Origin: the human T2T-CHM13v2.0 reference genome, Homo sapiens
Assembly (NCBI RefSeq): GCF_009914755.1
Contig: NC_060944.1
Direction: 5' to 3' (one strand)
DNA length: 64,000 bases
Notes under the pieces: generated by a model
Databases searched by the model: none
What the model was told of the DNA's origin: nothing
The model's input: the letters and a program-made list of their open reading frames with translations, nothing else
Part shown: positions 49,581 to 64,000 of the stretch, piece by piece
How the letters are laid out: each line of letters opens with the position of its first letter
Numbering within the stretch: the stretch's first letter is position 1
Position numbers and translations under genes: made by a program

Positions 49581-49956
49581 AGGATTGTTTTCTTAATTTC
49601 TTTCTCAGATTGTTCATTGCTAGTATATAGAAGTGCAGCTGATTTAATGTATTGACCTTGTACCCTGCAAATTTGCTGAACTTGTTTATTAGTGCTTATG
49701 GATTTTTTATGAATTCTTTAAATTTTTTATATGTAAAATTATGTCATGTGCAATAGAGATAATTTTACTTCTTGCTTTCCAATTTAGATGCCTTTTTTTC
49801 TTGTCTAATTTCTTTGGCTAGAACTTCTAGTGCAATATTGAATGGAAATGGCAAAAGTGGGTATCCATTCCTTATTTCTGAGTTTATAAGGAATGATGTC
49901 AGTCTTTCACCTTTGATGGTGGGATGTTAGTTGTGGGATTTGCACAAATGTTCTTT

Positions 49957-50179
49957 TTTTTGTTTTATACTTTAAGTTTTAGGGTACATGTGCACAACCT
50001 GCAGGTTAGTTACATATGTATACATGTGCCATGTTGGTGTGCTGCACCCCTTAACTCATCATTGAACATTAGGTATATCTCCTAATGCTATCCTTCCCCC
50101 CTCCCCCCGCCCCACAACAGGCCCCGGTGTGTGATATTCCCCTTCCTGTGTCCATGTGTTCTCATTGTTCAATTCCCAC
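49957..50179 (-). mobile_element. 5'-truncated young L1PA (3' UTR only, ~220 bp)
   Basis: TATACTTTAAGTTTTAGGGTACATGTGCAC...CAATTCCCAC. TSD CAAATGTTCTTT at 49945-49956 and 50180-50191. Confidence 0.93.
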
Positions 50180-50452
50180 CAAATGTTCTTTATGATATTG
50201 AAGAAGTTTCCTCCTACTACTAGTTTGTCAATTACTTTTATCATAAAAAGGTGTTCAATTTTGTTAAATGCTTTTTCTGCATTGATGGAGGTGATCGTGT
50301 TTCTTTCCTTCATTCTATTAACGTAGTATATAAAACAGATTGATTTTCATATACTGAACCACCCTTGCATTCCTGGAATAAGTCCCACTTGGTTATGATG
50401 TGTACTCCTCTAAAGGTGTTGAATTAGATTTGCTAGTTTTTTGTATTTATAC

Positions 50453-50839
50453 TGCTATGGACTGAATTGTGTTCCCCAAAAATTTATAGATTAAATTCCT
50501 AACGCCTAATGTGGCTGATTTAGAGATAGGGTCTTTAGAAGGTAATTAAGATTATTAAGTTCATAAGGCCTAATTCAACAGGATTGGTGGCCTTATAAGA
50601 AGAGGAAGAGAGAAATATCTCTCCCTCTCTCTTTTGTCACATGCACTCAGAGCTAAGGCCATCTGAGGACCGCAGTGACAAGGTGGCCATCTGCAAATCA
50701 GGAAAGAGCCCCCTCCAGACAACCTCACTGGGCCTTCATCTGGGACTTCCAGCCTCCAGTACTGTGAGAAATAAATGTCTGTTGTTTAAACCACCCAATC
50801 TATAGCATTTTGTTATGGCAACCCAACCTGACTAATATG
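50453..50839 (+). mobile_element. MLT1A-like MaLR LTR
   Basis: TGCTATGGACTGAATTGTG...GTGAGAAATAAATG...GTTATGGCA. Confidence 0.85.
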
Positions 50840-50996
50840 TGTACTCACAAGGGATATGATCTATATTTTTCTTTTCCTGTGATGTCTGTATCTGGCTTTG
50901 GTATCAGGGTAATGCTGGCCTCAGAGAATTAGTTAGAAAGCTTTCCCTCCTCTTCTACTTTTTGGAAGAGTTTGAGAAGGATTGTTGTTAATTCTT

Positions 50997-53900
50997 GTGT
51001 GAGCACTACTTTGTAATCCTTAATGACACACATGCAGATATTCATATAATAAATCTTAAGATATCTACGTGATGACAAAGTATTGAAATACATACATAAA
51101 CTACCAGGTAAGATTAACAGTCTGAATATAGGGGTTCAGCATTTTATTCTTCCTTAGACAATATCTTCTGTTTGGGAAAATAATTTTAGTGTTAAATTTG
51201 CAATAACATATTGTTTTTTAATGCATATGCCCAACAGTGATTTTTATATAGACAGTTTTCAATATTTCATTGTTTCTCCGCATACCCCAACTCATTAAGT
51301 CGTTCCCAGTCTTCCTCCTGGGCATGCATATATGTCAACACCAGTTCATTTTCCCATCCAGGGTACACACTGAGCCTTGTGTTTCAGGAACCTTTGACCT
51401 GAGCATAACATACCAAGGGCAAAATCTTTGTAACAGGTGACACAAATAAATATCTAAAACTTAAATTCACAGAGAACCACCACAGTTTCAGGTTGGATGT
51501 CAAGAAAACTGCCATTAATTTCCTCACCAAGAAGATGTCCTAGAGAAATCAATAAAGCTCTTAATACTAAAAGAAAAAAAATTAAATAATTTCTGCAGTT
51601 TTCAAATGCTATGTTTTCAGAAGATACTTTCACAACTCAGCCTCCTGACATAGCTGGGACTCCAGGTGCACACCACCACACTCAGTTGATATTTCTTACT
51701 TTCTTTTTTAGTGATGGGGTCTTGCAATGCCCAGGCTGGTCTGAAACTACTCCTGGGATCTAGTAATCCTCCCACCTCGGCCTCCCAAAATGTTGGGATT
51801 ACAGGTGTGAGCCACCACCCAGCCAGAAGATACTTTTCCTACAAACTTGTGTTCATAGCTTATATGTCTGATATACAACTAAAGTGAAACAGCAATGAAC
51901 GGAGTAAACACATATTTGATCTGAGGTATAATTCCATGGACCTTCCATGGATCATCAATTTTCAAAAATTTAGAATGCATGGAATCGTACTCAACACTAC
52001 ACTGTGCTGAAAGACTACAATGGCACATTAGGGCCTTGCAGCCATCTCAGGTTGTCATTGTGAACATTGGTCATAGTTTAATAAAACTGGGGAAAAGCTG
52101 AAGTCAGCTTAAAAGAATTCTGAAGAATAAGATTTACTATTATTACCTTGGGAAGACTTGAGCTACCTTAGAAACAAGAAACAAAACCTAATAACATTTA
52201 AAGTTACAGCAGAAAAAATCCAGTCAACCTGAAATTTTTTTTAATGACAACTTTTCAGTTAGAATTTTTGTTTTGAGAAAAATAAGCTTAGTATAGAAAT
52301 AAGATAAGAAAAAGACATAAGAGATAAGAAATAAGATAAGAAAAATAAGTTTAGTATAGAAATAAGATAGCCAATTCCTTTTCCATAAAATCAGTAAGTG
52401 ATAGTAAATCTGTCCATTATGTTAAAGACCACCAAAAATGGAATTGCTGCCATGCATTTGAAATAGGAAATTGTTACGGACATTTTAATGTGCAAAAGGT
52501 TTTGTCCTGCAGTAGCCCCTGAGGCATTAATATTTTGTTTTGCAGGAAGTTGACTCTCTATTAGGATATACCTATTTTTAAAGATTAGTAACTAATCATA
52601 ATTTCCTTAATAAGGGAGGAAGTACCAAATTTCAAGACAGCCGTTAAGATAATTCATTCAGATTTTTCACAAAGAATTTTCTAGCTGTTTCCACACAGTC
52701 TATGGAAAACTCACCCTTTAGGGATAAAACACTTGAGAACAATTGAAGTGTACAGTATAATCCTGAAATAACCCAGTGATTATTTTACAAAAAAATCTCT
52801 ATGTCAACAAGAAAAATAACCTTTGGGATAATAGTAAAATAAAGGAACAAAATGAACATAAGTGACTCCAAAGCTGAATTTACCTGAACTTCTTCAGAAA
52901 CTTCATTTTATGTCATCCAGGTCTGAGTTAATTAAAGGGACCTGTGAAAACAATAGCATGTGTGTTGTTTTTGTGAAAAGAAAAAAACAGTTTCCTTTAT
53001 TTGAGGTCTAAAGTATTTTTCTCTTCCTCCATTCTTCCTCTTTAATGGGTAGTAAATTCTTACGATATGTCAGTAAGTTACAATTCATAAGCTCTTCACG
53101 GGTGGGTATGTCTTGTGTATTCTAGCCCATTAAGGAATAAATTTCCACAGCAGGCTTGTTTTTCCCTTAAGATAATTAATTAGCTAACCAGTTTAGGAAG
53201 AAAGAAGTTGCAGAAGGGAGGACAAAGCACCGGTGATCTCACTTCTCAGTTTCAATAATTTGAAATTATGACTCATCAGAGAAAATGACTGATACTCTGC
53301 TTATCAGAACACTGCTAACTTTCTATTGATGAATGTAAGTCATAGCCACCAAGGAAAAAATGAAGAGCCACCTGGCAGAGACAAATATATTGTGGCCAGA
53401 AGAAAGAGACTATTCTGAGACACACATAGCTCTTTGACTTCTTTGATCCCTAGGGAATACTTCAAAATTTGCAGAAATGAAAAGCAGCAGACGTCTTCTG
53501 GAGGAGAATCAATCTGATTTTCAAATTTAATGGCCAAAAAGATGGCATTCGTACTTGGCCTCACATCTAAATTAGTTAGAACTTCAAAAATGCTAACTTT
53601 CCTAGTTCCAAGAAGCAAGCATTCATTTTCCTCTTTGACTGTCTCATACTGGTTAAAATTCAGTGTTTCTAGAGACTTCAATCATCAGTTCTGCTAAACA
53701 AGGTAACGTTATCATTGTATCCAGGGCTGAACACTCCAAGTTCTCTAGTAAAACAGGACTGCTCTCATTGCCATTCAGAGAGATGACTTCTTTCTTAGCA
53801 GTGGATGTCAGCTTACTCCAGGTAATGTCAGTATTTTTAAAAGCATGTAGAAGAAAGATGCCAAGGATAATAGTGAAGAATCCATTCAGGGTCTCAATGA

Positions 53901-54778
53901 TATCTCCAGCTTTCATGCCATACCACTCTTGGAGTAAGATGGCAGAGCAAGTCACTACCATGGATGTGAAGAACACAAAATAAATGGGAGTCACAGGAGA
54001 TGTATTCACGGTGTCTGGTGCCTTGAGATAGTTAATCTGTGTAGTCACCAAAAACACAAGTATAGCCAGCAAAACAATGACCAGGGGATGCTTCTAAACT
54101 GGCTTCCATTCTAGTAATTCCTTAATGGCAATACCCAGGCCTTTGGCAGGAGAAATTGAAAATGCTGCAGCCAAAGAACAGATTGAAATATAGACCAATA
54201 TATTGGTCTGTCCTTTCTTGGGAGCCACAATCAAAATCAGCACCAAGATCACAATTATGATCACAGCAAAGGAAATAAATCCTGGGTCTCTCAATTTCAT
54301 TTCCATTTCATGCAAAGAAGTGACTTCCTCTTCTTCTGGGGCATGGATAACCATCACAGTTGACCCCAATATGCAGCCTGTTTTCCCATAAATGTTCAAG
54401 TGCTCGTTTAAAAAATAGGAAGATAATATTGCACTTATGAGAACACTCAGAGGGCCGGGGGGGTGAGGGTGACCAAGATGGCAGGTGCAAAAGCATAAGC
54501 AGCAAAATGTGCAGCCTCTCCTGCTCCCATGGCCAGCACTCCTGTCCCCCAGAGCCATCCTTCAGGTCAGAATGTCCACCTTGTCCAGCTCCAGTGATGC
54601 TTTTGTTGGCCAGTTGCAAAAGACCCTTCTTTTTCAATATGAAGCTGGAGCCATATCCTTCTCGGCAGGGCTCTCTGTGCCACAGCCTCACATGTGCCCC
54701 CATGTCCCCAGACGGGGCTCCAGGATGCAGACGCTCTTTCCTCAGCCACCTGGGCCTCTCCTCCCCATGGACCTGCCA
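50997..54778 (-). pseudogene. NIPAL1: Processed pseudogene of NIPAL1 (NIPA-like Mg2+ transporter): 5' UTR, disabled CDS (ATG 54703 to TGA 53678) and ~2.7 kb of presumed 3' UTR
   Basis: Intronless. Peptides [71 protein letters not shown] and TLFSRTDD match recalled NIPAL1 rather than NIPA2. Frameshifts at ~54558, ~54460 and ~53723. TAG at 54094. 17-bp TSD GATTGTTGTTAATTCTT (50980-50996 and 54779-54795). The symbol given is the parent gene. Confidence 0.93.
51632..51824 (-). mobile_element. 3'-truncated AluJ inside the retrocopy 3' UTR
   Basis: Alu 5' end intact, ends after GGAGGCTGAGTTGTG with no tail. Flanked by AGAAGATACTTT direct repeats. Confidence 0.85.
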
Positions 54779-54809
54779 GATTGTTGTTAATTCTTTTTTT
54801 AAAGAAAAC

Positions 54810-54961
54810 CACTCTATTGAGGTAAAATGAACATACAAAAAGCTGTATATATTTAATGTATACATTTCGATAAGTTTGGGGATACGTATGTACCTGTGAA
54901 ATCATCACCACCATCAAGGCCATAAACACATCCATCACCTCCCAAAGTTTTCTCCCACCCC

Positions 54962-54997
<36 letters not shown>

Positions 54998-56100
54998 GAG
55001 ACAGTCTTGCTCTGTCACACACGCTGGAGTGCAGTGGCACGATCATGGCTCACTGCAACCTCTGCCTCCCAGGCTCAAGTGATCCTCCCACAGCAGCCTC
55101 CTGAGCAGCTGGGATCACAGGCACAGGCCACTATGCCCAGCTAATTTTTGTATTTTTAGTAGAGACACGGTTTCACCATGTTGGCCAGGATGGTCTCAAA
55201 CTCCTGACCTCAAGTGATCCACCTACCTTGGCCTCCCAAAATGCTGGGATTACAGCTGTGAACCAATGCACCCAGCCCCTTTATTATTTGTATTTGGATT
55301 TTGTTTTCATCACTGTTTTGATAATAACACTTACCATAAGATCAACTTGCCTTAGTAAATTTTAGGTATACAATGCAGTATTGTTACCTATAGGCATCAT
55401 GCCACACAAATCTCCAGAGCTCATTCATCCTGGATAACTGAAGCTTCGTACCTTCTGATCATCATCTCCTCATTTCCCCCTCCCCACAGCCCATGAAAAC
55501 CACCATTCTACTCTCTGCTTTTGAGTTTGATTATTTTAGAGTCCACATTGCTATGGTTTGAATGATGGCATCCCCTCCAAAATTTATGTTGAAGCCATCC
55601 CCAGTGCAGTAGTATTAAGAGGTATGGTCTTTGGGATGTGATTAAGTCATGAGGGCTCTACTTTTATGGATGGGATTAGCACCCTTATTAAAAGGCTCAA
55701 GGTCAAAAGGAGTGCTCTTTCACCCTTCTATCTTCCTCCATGTGAGGACACATGCATCCCTCTGGAGGAAGCAGCAACAAGACACCATCTTGGAAGCAGG
55801 GAGCAGCCTTCATCAGACACCAATGCTAGTGTCTTGATCTTGGACTTCCCAGCCTCCAGAAACATAAGAAATAAATTTTTGTTGCTTATAAGTTACCCAG
55901 TCCCAGATATTTTGTTATAGCAGCACAAATGGACTAAGATACATCCATAAATGAGATCCTGCAGCATTTGTCTTTCTGTGCCTGGCTTACTTTGCTTAAC
56001 ATAATGTCCTCTGGGTCAATCTATGTTGTCACAAATGGCAGGATTTCCTTCTTTTTAAGGACTAAATAATATTCCTTTGCATGTGTATACTATAATTTCT
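54810..56100 (-). mobile_element. L1MA9/10-like 3' end, interrupted by an Alu with an (ATT)n tail (~54965-55277) and an MSTD-like LTR (~55549-55942)
   Basis: TATTGAGGTAAAATGAACATACAAAAAGCTGTATATATTTAATG. Alu TSD CCCTTTATTATT. TGCTATGGTTTGAATG...GGACTAAGATA. Confidence 0.8.
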
Positions 56101-58215
<2,115 letters not shown>

Positions 58216-58217
58216 TG

Positions 58218-64000
<5,783 letters not shown>

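Noticed and set aside
53653-54865. Functional NIPAL1 or NIPA2 gene
   Set aside because: Intronless, with frameshifts, a premature TAG and a TSD. The peptides fit NIPAL1 rather than NIPA2.

Overview
Primate (human-like) genomic DNA dominated by retroelements. I can support no intact protein-coding gene, tRNA/rRNA or CRISPR array. Main contents: (1) a decayed L1PA element (1-~6010) with a younger 5'-inverted L1 nested inside it, flanked by a perfect 17-bp target-site duplication (TSD); (2) old L1M, L2, MIR, MaLR, ERVL and ERV1 fragments, including a 3.7-kb ERV-L pro-pol-dUTPase segment; (3) two motif-rich minisatellites (10976-11606 and 22844-23351); (4) a CpG island at ~40470-41720 with promoter motifs and a strong splice donor but no identifiable gene; (5) a minus-strand NIPAL1 processed pseudogene (50997-54778) with a 17-bp TSD, no poly(A) tail and an in-frame internal deletion; (6) a very young AluY with a 23-bp deletion; (7) an L1PA7/8-like element with its 5' UTR, from 58218 to the window end. 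Repeat subfamily names come from recalled consensus features, not from an alignment. I found no convincing novel biological system. The best leads are retrotransposition-mechanism oddities and possible retroelement- or CpG-island-driven transcription across the NIPAL1 retrocopy.
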